Origin: Raillietiella orientalis
Lineage: Eukaryota
Assembly: GCA_036172245.1 (NCBI GenBank)
Contig: JAYWIR010000001.1
Span: forward strand, 6,386,001 to 6,450,000
Reading direction: 5' to 3'
Length of the DNA: 64,000 nt
The notes below the pieces were generated by a model. It saw nothing but the letters and a program-made list of their open reading frames with translations. It was not told where the DNA came from and did not search any database. The position numbers were made by a program, and so were the translations under genes. This document shows, piece after piece, positions 26,050 to 37,900 of this stretch. The first letter of the stretch is position 1; each line of letters starts with the position of its first letter.

Positions 26050-26500
26050 TTCTGAGGCTCTGAAAGAGAGCCGCCACTTTCTTGTGCTCGGTGGCGCTTT
26101 GGTTTCCGCTCTTCGACGTCCTCGACCACAGAGAAGCACGTAGGCAAAGTAGATTTTCTTCCAGAGAGAATCTACTTCCAGAGAGGGATCCTTCAATTTC
26201 GAAAGATTTTGGGTTAGGCATGCTCTTCGAGTCTCCCGGGGGACATTGGAATCGAAACACGAGCGTTCTTCGGGAGACTTGAGCTTTTTCCTCTTGGGTG
26301 CCCCAGAAGTATTCCTTGAACTTGCCACCTAAGCACACTCTGGAGGTTCAACGGACGCTCCCTTTTATAAGGTGCAGACGCCTCAGCTTGCCCAAGGTCA
26401 ACAACGACAATAACCTGGTCAGGATGCACCGAACACGGTCGCGATGAACACAAAATCTTTAGAAACCTGAACGAGCGGACCCATTTCTTATCGAGTCAAA
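26050..26500 (-). mobile_element. Decayed RT thumb remnant
   Basis: KFKEYFWG..VSRRTLV..MPNP resembles FLWxG..V.W.TL..GGLGMP. Confidence 0.5.
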
Positions 26501-26799
26501 GTGCCATCTTCGAGAGTTAACCACCAGTGCTAGTTGCAACGATCTCTCATTTCTCTGGGTTCGTGCTTCTTCCACTCTGAGCATCGTTCATCTTCATTTA
26601 TTCATCCTTCTAACTTTTTCCTTCGCCGGTCAGAAGGTCGCAGCACCTGATCGTCCTGTTTGTAGGAAGTGGTCATTGCGATGAACACTTTCTTTTTGGA
26701 TGAAAGGAAGGCAAAGTGGAGTCTCGTCGTAGCCTGCAGGGATACATATCTGACCTGTCATTAGTTCTGTTAATGATGTAATTCAATCATCTACGCCCA

Positions 26800-28130
26800 T
26801 TCACTGCCTTCAGATGTGGTTCTGAAGAGATCGACCTGGAAACCAAAGCTTGCAGCTGCACTTTTTTTGCTTTTTCATTTCCTCCCGCACGGCACGAGGG
26901 ATTTCTCGACCAGAGAGATCCTTGCATCAAGCCCTCCCCTACACGAGACCTCTAGGATCTCAATAAAGAAGTTGTTAGAGCCTCCAAGATGTGTTTCGAC
27001 GGCAGGGCAGCTCCAGGCAAGCTCGCGTCCAGACCTTCCTGCGTGTTCCTCCGCTACTCCTACCTCCGGGCCTCCGAGGAACGTGCCATCCATCCTCCTC
27101 CGACGGAACAGCGCTGTACCGACACGTTCAGTGGGGGCTCTGGGCACTCGAGAGGTGCTAACCTTCAGGACCGGTCCCTTCTTCGAGTGAGCCGTGCGCC
27201 TCCTGCTGAGCTGCCACCGGCCTGCTGTTGTGACAACTGTCAGCGCCTCGTGCGCGGAGAGGAGACTTCCTACAGGATCTGGAGAGTGCCACATAGGGCG
27301 CCATGACCTAGCTCGCGCTTGGTCTTGTGGCGCCGGTTCTGCTTATCAAATTCACCCCTTGATGGCTCTCAGGGATCCGACAGTCCTGGATTCAGCGTTG
27401 AAGCAAGCCGGGCTCTCACCCGTTTGAAGTCAGTTCGAGGTCATGCGGGGCAGCAAGGGCTCCCCGATCAATCGCTCTACCAGATGAGACTGCTTTCCTC
27501 TTCCGCTTCGACGAGAGCCAGCTCCGCGGGGAAGACTCCGGGGGAGGGGGAACTAGCTACTGAGTGACAAGACCCGAGTCAGGAACTGTCGCCGGACGCC
27601 ATCGGGGCTGTCCTCTATCAGTCGGTTTAGTGACTGTGCAGAGTCCCCTTCAGATGTTTCCGCAAAGAGTCCCAGTCCCCTCCCTGTCTCTCTCTCTTGT
27701 CAGTCCCTAAAACCTGAGAGTTTCATCCGTCGAATATGACCTGAGAGCCTGCTTTATAAAGCATGACCTGAGGAAAAGATGGGATGGTGTTGAAGGGGAA
27801 GAGCGAATCCTGCGAGCACATCGATTCTGGGAGAATCGGACCGGGGCTCTGAAGAAGATCTCTGGGAGGAGATGCCGTTTTCTCCATCCCGGATACTTTC
27901 CCCCTTCTTCTCTGTTCCATCCGAGGGATCATCTGTCCCCACTCGGGGAGGCCATCTTTCCCACCCCTTCCTCTGTCTCCCCCATGTGCCCAATGATGAT
28001 CCACCCTCTCACGAACGCCTGGACAACTTGACCCAGACGTAAATGCTCATCATGTCTTCCTGAACTAAAGGAGAGCACCAAACAGGGGCGAGTAGGATGG
28101 AATTTTCCTCTGCGCTCCTGCACAAGCCCG
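26800..28130 (-). mobile_element. Internally deleted non-LTR remnant immediately 3' of the SMC1-like gene
   Basis: APE-like WIIIGHMG, SPRIDVL, SSGHAL, then LGHGALCG (zf-RVT-like). Confidence 0.45.
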
Positions 28131-28195
28131 AAGAGCTGGTGATTTATTCATTTAGAGACGCAAGAGGATGCTGGAGTGGTGGACCAAGGCTAGAA

Positions 28196-31100
28196 TCAGA
28201 GCGCGTATGGGGTGAGGTCGAGGCTGAACATCTTCGTGGAGAAGCTCCCGTCTCCAGACGCCTGCGGGAAGACAGCCACCTTGAGGAAAGACTGTTACTC
28301 GACGCCTACCCTCCCGGTCACTCCCAGAGTCCAGTCAGCGGTTCGAAAATGGTATTCCTCGATGGGTACCAGTATAACGTCTTCGGCTTTCTCCATAAGG
28401 TGACCGGACACCCTCTTCTGGTTGCTCTTGTCCATTGACGAGTCGATGCCATCCAGCAGGAGGAAGGGACAATTGGCAGCCCTGAAAGGCGCCGTCGTTA
28501 CAGAGGAAGGGAAGGAAGCACACTGACCGGTGGCATGCCAGGAGTAGGGCCAGAATGGCGACGGACCTCTCACCCCCGGACAATCCTTCAGCACTCCAAT
28601 ACCTCTTGCCCGAAGGAACGCACTCCAGGGTGATTTTCCCCAAATAGGGTTCCTCCGCGTTATCCGGGGTAAGGTTTGCCGTGGACGCTGGAGCGGTCAA
28701 TTCCTTAAGGGAAATGCGCGTGTCTCGAACTTCGAATGCCTAAAAGATCGGTCACCTTGTAAGTGCTCGAGAGGATGTTTTGGACGGCCTCCAGGCATCC
28801 CACGAAAGCCGCTCGCCGCTTCTCCCGCGTCCGGAAGAAGCGGTCTCGCACAGTGCGGAGAAGGGACTTGGCCTCCTCGAACTCCTTGCAGGACAGGCCC
28901 ATCTTCCCCCTTGTTTCGTCCAGCTTTGTTTTCAGCTGGAAGTTGTAGGTCTTGCAGAGTCCGACGGGACGAAGCCGACGGTGAGTCTCTCCCTTCCTTG
29001 CCTCCGGTTACGGAGGCACTGACCTTGTCCATCGAGGGACATGCCTTCTGCAAGGATTCCCGTGACTGCTTGAGGTGGGCTTGCATCTCCTCGACTTTCT
29101 TCTCGAACTGGTCTTCCGATAGCGAAGCCCGCAAGTCTTCCGGGAGGTCGCTGTAGTCGAATGCCACGGTCCTAGAGAGAGAAGGGAAAAGGCAGCAGGA
29201 AGTCTGGACGCCCACTTACCCTTGGGAGTCGTCCGGAGACTCGGAGCCGGGACGGAGGATCCTGTGACCGCGGTAAAAGGGACCCGCGATACTGTCCTCC
29301 TTCCAGCGGTGGACCAGCTTCGAGCGCTCTGCGACCAGCTTCATGAGCCGCTCCGCCAGCACCGAAAGCTCGTCGTTGCACCTCGAGATGCGACCGCCAA
29401 GGTTCTGCCTGTCCTCGCTCAGCTACGGTGGCACCGCCTCCCGCCGTCAGAGGGAGGCACGCGGCGACGGTTCCAACCTGCTCTAGCTCGAGTTTCAGCT
29501 CCTCCTGAATCCTTTTCGCAGCCTCCATGCGTTCCTCCAGAGAAGATACCTGCAGCTGCAGGTCGAGGTCCTTGGACACCTTGTTCTTCATCTCCTCCCT
29601 ACACATCTCGATCTTCTGCTCCAGGTCCTCTTTCACCCTGAGGAATCCGCTGATGGTCTCTGGAGAGGAATGGGGGAGGGTGACCCCGTCGCACCTAGGT
29701 CAGTTACCGGAGAAGGATCGAGACGACTCGTACTCGAGCTGGACGCAGAGCCTGTTGTGCAGATCTTGCAGGTCCGTGCGAACCGTGGCGGACGACAGAC
29801 GATCCCTGAAGAGGAAGGAGGGTCCTTTCGCGCAGTCCCCGGTGGAGGGGGAACGGAAGGGGAGGGAAGGACGGCCCGACACACCTGATGCAGGTCGAGT
29901 TCAGCTGGTCGACGCTCAGCAGGTTCGCCTCCTCGCAGAACTGCCGGAACCAGTCGCGTCTCTCTGCGTCCAGACACTCCTTCAAGGCCTGCAGGCGCTG
30001 CCGGTGCTCCGTCATCTCCTCGGTCGTCCTCTCGATCCTGAACTGGCAGAGAAAGATGCCGAGTCCCCAACGGAGCCTCCTCCCCTCCCCTCCCTCCCTC
30101 ACCTTGCAGTTGTTGATCTCCTGCTCGTAGAACCCGATCTGCACGCCCACCGCCACGATCTCTTCCTCCTGAAACACGAAGAGGTGAAGGCTTCGCCTGT
30201 GCGGGAGGGGGGGGATGTGAGGCTTCCTCACCAGTCTCGCCTCCTCGGACCTCAGCTTGTCGATTTCCTGCCTGAGGGAGTCCTGTGACATCCCGACGTC
30301 GACGTCCTCCCGGTGCTTCCTCAGTGCCTTCCTAAGGGCTTCGCATTCGCTCGCCAGCTTTTTCTGAGTTGGCGCAGCCGCGCAGAGATCCAGCTCTCCG
30401 TCCCTCCCCTTCCTCTTCTCACCTTCTTGTCGTTCATGGGGACGAGGCTGCCCATCTGCCAGTGTCTCGCGCGCTCCAGAAGCTCCACCTTTCCGCCCGT
30501 GATCAGCCCACTTTTCTGGAAGTGCACTCCGTCGAGGGTCACCACCTAGGGATCGGAGGAGGAGGAGGGGAGAAAGGCGGTCGGCTGGCTGCCCAATGCC
30601 GCTTGCGTACATCGTGGCGCCTCCCGTCGACCTCCCCGTACGCCTTCCTCATGGGCAGCTCCCCTCCGCCGACGCACACTAGCGTATCCCCCGTGAGGTG
30701 CAGCGCCACGGAGCGCACCGAGGGGCACTCGAAGCGGACCACGTCGAAGAGCAGCTTGAACTCGGTGCCGTGGCTCTCCGCCCTGGGAAAGAGGCCACCG
30801 TCTTCCCACAGCCCTCGGGTGATCCCAGCGAGGTCGCGTCGTGACCGCGCCCATCCCGGCGACCTCCACCTCAGCCTCTCGGAAGGAGGTCTCCAGACGA
30901 TGTAGTCGATGGGCAGGAAGGTCTGCGGCGAGCACTGGAACTCTTTCAGGTACTTGATGCACTTCTTGGCGGTCGTCACGTTGTCCACCACGATGTTCTC
31001 CATCCTCGAGCCGAAGATCCTGGTCACGGCCAGGTTGTAACGGGGATGCACCGGCTGCACTAGAGTGACCACGCGTCCCATCTGCAGAAGAAGGGCGGGT

Positions 31101-34100
31101 ATGTGTGTGTCCTGTGAAGCGCCTCCGGAGGCGATGAGAGGAAAAGAAAAGGGCTAGGGTCTTCCTGAGGACGGACTCGCACCCGAAGAAGGAAGGAGCC
31201 GGAGGCCAAGTGGATGGATGGAGGTCGAGGATGACGTACCCCCTTTCCTCATCACAATGATTTGATAAGGGTGACCCCTTATCGAATCACCTGGAAGCTC
31301 GGCTTCCCAGTGCGTGTGCCCGTTAGGCGGCCGGCAGCTACGAAGGTGCTGTCCAGAAGTTGAAGAGAGGCGTGGTTCAGGGTCGGTTTCGCGGCGCTCC
31401 TCAGCAGCCGAAGACACCCCTGGACAAGAGACTCCGGGGCCGTCTTCCGGGCAAAGCTGGCCGAGCTCTATCCCGTCCGTTCGTGCTGCCGCACTTATGC
31501 GGCAGGAGGACGTGCGACCCCCGACGGTTCCCTCCCTCCCTCCTCCCCCTTCCATTTCGGATTCGGAAGTTGCGAGAACCTCAGGAGTGCCACATAGGAA
31601 ACCCGCCTCGGGCGGGGGACCCGACGAAACGCTGGCCGGCTCGCGACGGCGGACAAGAAACCGCGTGGCGGAGGGGGCAGCACGGAGGGGTCATTCTTAC
31701 CACCCCGGGGAAGTGGGATCTGAGCTTCTCGAGCAGCTCGGTGCTCTTCCGGATGCGCTGCTCCTCTTCCTGCTTCAGGCTGAGCTCTTCAATCTGGAAC
31801 TCCAGGACCTTGAGCTCGCCCTCCAGGGAGTGGAGTGTCTGCTTGCACTCTTCCTCTTCCCTGAGCTTCTCTGCCGCCCTCTCCAAATTGAGCTGACTTT
31901 GCCTGGAAGGAGGATTGCAGGGGGAAGGAAAAGGAGCTCCGGTCTTCGGGGGACTACCTGATCTTCTCGCTGATACAGAGCTTCCTCTTCTCCATCTCCT
32001 CTTTGGAACTGAGCTTCAAGGTCACCAGGTCCCTGTTCTTCTTCTTGTTCCTGATCTCGTCGCTCAGGGAGAGCTTGGCGTTCTCGTAGAGTCGCTTGGC
32101 AGCGGCGAGCTCGTCCATGGCGTCCACGTGGCTGCAAGCGAACTGGTGCTGCAGCCTGCAGTATTCGTCGTACTGGGTGAAGGGAGAGGGGGGGGCGTTC
32201 ACAGCGGCTTGCGGCGGCAGGAGGAGGGACCAACCTGGTTCGCAGTCAGGCTGAACGACCTCTCGCTCCGTTTGTACAGCTCGTCGAGGTCTGCCAGGTT
32301 CCGCTCGATCGCGGCCAGCTCCTCCCTCATCTCCTCCACCTCCCTCTTGTTCCTGGCGCTCTCCTCCGCTTGCCGCTCGCACTCCGACTGGACGTCCGTC
32401 TTCTTGTCCAGCAGTTCCCTCTCCCGCTCACGGATGGTGCTCAGCATGTTCGCGTTCTCGTTGATGCTCATCTTCTGCAATCGGGCCCCGGGGGTCAGCC
32501 ATCCCAGGATCCGGAAGGGGAGGGGGGTCGCGAGAAATCAACCGCCGGTGGAGCTTCCATGCGGATCGGAGATCGCGAGCGGAGGGGCGTTCTGGAGGTG
32601 CCCGGGCGGAAAGTGGCACGGTTTCCCAGCGTTCGGGGAGGCCCTCCCCCACTCCCGAAAATCGAAAGCATGGGAAGAAGAGGAGGATAAGGTGACCCCG
32701 ATAAGAAGCGATGGGGGGGAGGGAGGAGAGAGGCTGTCCTCCTACGTGGCACCGATCTTTCCCGGTCCCCCGGGCTCGCGCTGAACGGGGGGACGGCCAG
32801 TCTCGTGATGCCGGGGGGACCGCCAGCTTGCGTCCCGGAAACAACCGTGAAACACACCGTCCGACGTGGGCGAGGGGAGCAGCGGCCGAGGCGGAAGGTT
32901 CCATCCCGGTGGGCCTCCGCCTCGCCTCTGATCTCATCCGCACCATCGCGACGAAGGTCGCGCGACTTCCGCAGGAAGCGGCACAGCCCAATGGATGGTT
33001 TTGTAACGGACCGAAGGGCGATTCCCGGGGGAGGCGTTCATGAGGCGATCCGCTCGTTGGCGGCGGGCGCACCGTATGGAAGGGACGGTGGCGTCGGAGG
33101 ACTTTCGTCCCTCCCAAACGAGCACCATCTCGAGCGAAGAAGGAAGGCGTTTCCCTCCTCGGTCCCCGCGCTGTGAGCGTGGCTGAACGCCCGAACGCGG
33201 TGGAGGCCCTGCACGACGCGGATTCGCGCGGCGCTGCAAGGAAAATGGCGGCCATCCGCTCATGCGAGCCGGCGGCCAATCGGCCCTCGTGCGGCTGCTG
33301 CGGACGAAATTTCGATTTTGCGGCGCTCTCTCAGCTCTTCTGAGAAAAGCACGAGCCCAAACTCGAGCAGGTCGGGCTCCTGCCCACATTTTGTTCGGAT
33401 GAGGTGGCTCGAGGAGATGCATCTCAGCGAGGACATTGGTAGCTGAAGGTACAGAATCGTTTCGATCGACCGAGTTCCAGCAAAGTTTCTTCGCACCATA
33501 AGCTACGCAGTGAACCTTTGGATTTTCCGCTTTTTCGTTAGGCTGAAATTCCGAATACATGGCGTTTCAAAGCACGCCTTTTACAAATGCTGTCGCATTA
33601 TAAAACGCGTAGGGCCCCCTATAGCGCGGAGCTCGTACCACAGGGGGGCCTGCCGCGTGTTTCTCGTTTTCCTTCCGGCTCGCAAAGGTCATTGCGATTC
33701 ACCGTTCAAACGCTTCGCAGAATCCGTCGAGGGCGCGTTCCATTCTGCTCCGCGATCGCAGCGCAGACGCCCCGTCAAAGCACTGTGAGGGAAACGTCGC
33801 GTTCGCAAGACTTTCGTGTTTTCAAGTCTTTCCGAGGGAACCGTGCGCTGTTGCTTCGGCGAGACTCTCTACTCACCAGGAATCGAAGCTCTTCTTCGAT
33901 GCTCGCCATCTCCCTTTCCGAGGAACCGTGCTTCTTCCTCCTCACCTTGATGGAAGCCTCAACGTCTCGCAGTTGACCGGACAGCTCTCCGACCGTTTCG
34001 TGCAGCTTCGAACTTTCTTCGTCGAGCATCTGGATGTTTCTTCCCACGTGGTGCAGTTGGAACAGATAGAAAGCAACCGATTCGGTCACCTAGGAAGGGG

Positions 34101-34904
34101 AAGAGGGGGGGGAAAGGCAATATGTGAAAAGTGAAGACTGAAACAGGTGAGGTGATTCTTTCTTGAGCACTTCCACACAGGCAGGAGAACCACCTCCGCC
34201 GACGGTGACGCAACCGGGAAGCGCGCCACTCGGAAATTCCCACCTGTGGTTGCAGATCGCGAATTTCCCGGTGCCCAGCAGCAGCCGCGGATGTGTTGCA
34301 AGAAGAATTTCCCCTCCCTTCGAACGCGACCAAAGTTCCGCTCGCAGTTTCCCGGTGCCGTTTGCTGGACACCACGCGCTCATGGGCGACTGCGCAGAAT
34401 CGGAAAGGAGCGCTCATCGGTGCTCATGGGTTCCTGAGACTCACGAGACAGGAACCAAGTTCGCCTCGCTCAGATGACGAAAGGGGAAGAAAGTCCGGGA
34501 TCAGAATCCCGCATGCTCTACATCCTGTAGAATTGCTCAAGCAAGTGTGGGGTTTTCCACCTCAAAATGTGGTAACGCTGATTCCGCAGGGTGCGGAAGC
34601 ACCAGCCCCGTGGTTAACCGGATTGCCCCTTCGGGCGGGCTAGGACGAGAAGACGGAAAGCTTCAAAAACTGCAGCATGGACCGAGTTTTTCTTTTCTTT
34701 TTCCCTTCCGATACTGACACACATTTCTAGACAGTTCCCATTTCTTTACAAGGAATATCGGTTGTGCAATCAGCGCCCATTTTCCTGCCGACGATGTTTA
34801 CAACTTTTCAATTCTCCGTCTCCGAATCGTCATGTCCTGTTAGAAAGGGAAGCATCCCGGCGAATGGATGAACCGACGGAATCGACAAAGTGAGGAGCAG
34901 AAGG

Positions 34905-34938
<34 letters not shown>

Positions 34939-37900
34939 AGGGGAAAGAGGAACGACCCACATTCCCGAGAAATGAGCACACACTGCCTTCCTGCTGCATC
35001 ACACAGGGACCGAAAGCTGCGGTTTCGGTCAGCAACCGCCGTGTGCCGTTCCCCCTGAGCTTCCGGCCCTAAGGCCTATTTTTGCGCGGCCAAGCGCAGT
35101 GCTCGGGTTGCGTCTCTTGGAAAGATACCTCATGAAATGGAAAGAAAAAAAGAGAGAGAACGGGTCCGTCGACTTTCTTTCCGTCTTTGGCGAAGAAGTC
35201 CCTTCAGCCCTACTCTTTTGACGTGCTTGTCCACGCATCACCCACGTTTCGAAGCCGCCACCGTTCCTGGCGACCACACAAAATCCGGAGAGTGCCTACC
35301 AAAACGCAGAGAAAGCACCGCGGAGCCACCGCCCAACGAGGGCATCCATCAACAGCGCAGATTCCACAATGCAGTCACAGAGAATCATCCATAATCGGCT
35401 TCTAATTAGCACCCCAATTAGGATGGCACTGTAAATAAATGAGGAGCGAGCTTCGTCCCAGAGAAGAGAGGAAGAAAGACGCAAGCAGCAGCAGAACTTC
35501 ATCCAGCACTCACAATGTTGTCCTCTATGTCCTGGAGCTTCTGGAGCTCCTCGATTGCCGCAGTCAGTTTTTTTTTCTCGTTGAAATACAGCTTTTTACG
35601 CGTGAAGAGTTCGTTGATGCTCGCTGTAAGACGTGCAATCTCGCCGTTCGAATCATCGTAATCCTTCTGAAATTCGCATGATCTGAAATGCACAAAGAAC
35701 ATGCGGTCAGGTTCTTGGAGGTATCTAAACTGCAAGACTCGTGACGGTTACGTTGGAGTCATTTTATTGCTGGCGTGGTCACTCGGCGTACATTACATTA
35801 CATTAGGTTTTCCACGCTTACAGAATTCTGGGAACGAGCTACAGAGATCGTAAATCACTGTTAAAGTGTGCAGTGAGAGCGGCGAGGCTCCACTTTGCGC
35901 CAATAGAAGGAAACTGGATACCGTCGTGTACTCGAGAGATCTCTCTATCCTTACCAAAACTTCGATGCATTAATCTTTTACATTTGGTTTTCGTTTTATG
36001 GGTCTTTTGTACAAAGGAAAAAGGTTCTTCAGCTTTATTCCAAATCAGTGCTTCCGTTACACGTGCTAAAGGAAAGACTCAAAGTGGTTTTCAAGCGAAT
36101 AAAATCAACAGGATCCGGAAGGGACGAAAATTCCATGAACCACACCCATCAAAAAGCATTCTTCGGTGTTTCCTCGCATTGGTTTCGAACTTGCATGCAA
36201 CTTCACAAAGGCAAATGCAATGCGTACATCGTGCCACTTGAGCAACTCAGCTTTAGATATACATGCTTTTGAGACTGAAACTCTCGTGAGCCAGCATTGA
36301 TCAGGCGGCTCTAGCATCATTGGATCATGGGAAAAAAACGAATGATCCCGTTTAGGTGCTGAGATCTCTTCTGTTTGAAAAAAATTGCCCGTGCCACAGT
36401 CATCCAAGTGTCAGTAATTCAAGCAGAAGGAAGCTTAGCGAAGTCGAAGCTGCGAATCTCTCGGGAGAATGATCCCCTGGGCTCAGCACAATGCAGCGCA
36501 TGATGCTGAATCCAAAAGTGGCAAAAATTCGAGAAGAACAGTTACCAGCTTTGCCCGCTGGGAAGATCTTAGAGAAGTACCCTCTGTAATCATTTTTTTT
36601 GTTCGATCGTAAAGCACTGCTCATTGGAAAATCACTTGGTCTGTGTTGCTTAGTCTTTTCTCCTCTTGCCTCCGAGCGAAGGGGAAGACCGTTGCATCTC
36701 TCTTGCGACTGAGCGTGCACACTGTGGTTCATCCACGATGATTTTTTTTTTTTTTCTTTCAAAGCAGGTTATTATCTTAAAAATACTAAGGAAGGATCTT
36801 TATCACCGGTTTGCATTTCATTTGAGCTTTTGGTTCAACATCGAAGCGGCCTGCACTCTATTTGGTTCAGGGAGCTCTTTGAGCATCGGAATTGTCCCCC
36901 CCCCCACTCCCCGGAAGGTCGCAGAGATGCGACAGTTCCAAGAAATGATTTCTCTGTGTGTAAAAGTGATCAGGCAAAAGGACGTAACATTTGCTTCCTT
37001 CGTGCGATCGTGGAGAAAGTCTTTCGTGTCGAAATCTCGTCAGCGACTTCCCATTCATCTTCCAAATAAGAAACCTTTTAAAAATTCTTCTCCGTTTCCC
37101 GCCGAAGGCGTGGCATCCTGATCGAATTTTCGTCTTCTCATCCACCACCATCTTCTGCACTTTGATTTCGTGCCCACGTGATCTCATGAACGAGTAGATG
37201 TCGCCGCAGTTTTCCAAAACTTGTTTTCTAAAGCTGGAATCGCTTATTTGCTGATGCAAGCTTTTGGTTTGATGGCGGTGATGGTGCTTAACAACGGAAT
37301 ACGGCCACGAGTCTACAGCCTGCTCTTCCTCATTTCTTACGGAGAGTTCCTGCAGAGTACCTTGAAGAGTCCTCTAAAACTCAGTCTTGGAACGAGTTTG
37401 CGTTTCACAGATGGCACTTGTGGTGGATCTTGGGGCTGTCTTCCGGGTACTCTGCAACATCAGGGACTGAAGCTTGAAACCGACGAAGTATGCTTCTTAT
37501 AACAGCTGCTTGTGCGTAATGAATAGCTTCCTGTTCTCAAGGCACTATTTACTAAAACCTGAATACAGATGGATGCGGAGATTAAGGGAACCCAAAAACC
37601 CTCGAGATTGTACGGCTTTCCTGGAGCACTATCTGAGGTGAACATTTGAATGAACTTCGGTGTCCAAGATGGTCAAATCTTGGAAATGCACTTTGGTTCG
37701 AGATTGATGAGAAGCTTTCAAAAGAATCTCCCTTGGAAATTAAAGTTATTGATAATCAAGGCGACTTCGAACCGGGACAGTGTACGCCATTGCTCTGATC
37801 AAGGTATACCTTCCGAGTCAAGCCATGGGCAAACGAGTCTGCGTCAATTTGAAATAAAGGCATCTCTGATTTTGCAGAGTAGTGGACATGCGAGTCTTTT

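Noticed and set aside
36867-37259. ELSHLCD as an HNH nuclease motif
   Set aside because: There is no downstream CxNPxHL, and other frames fit an RT relic better.
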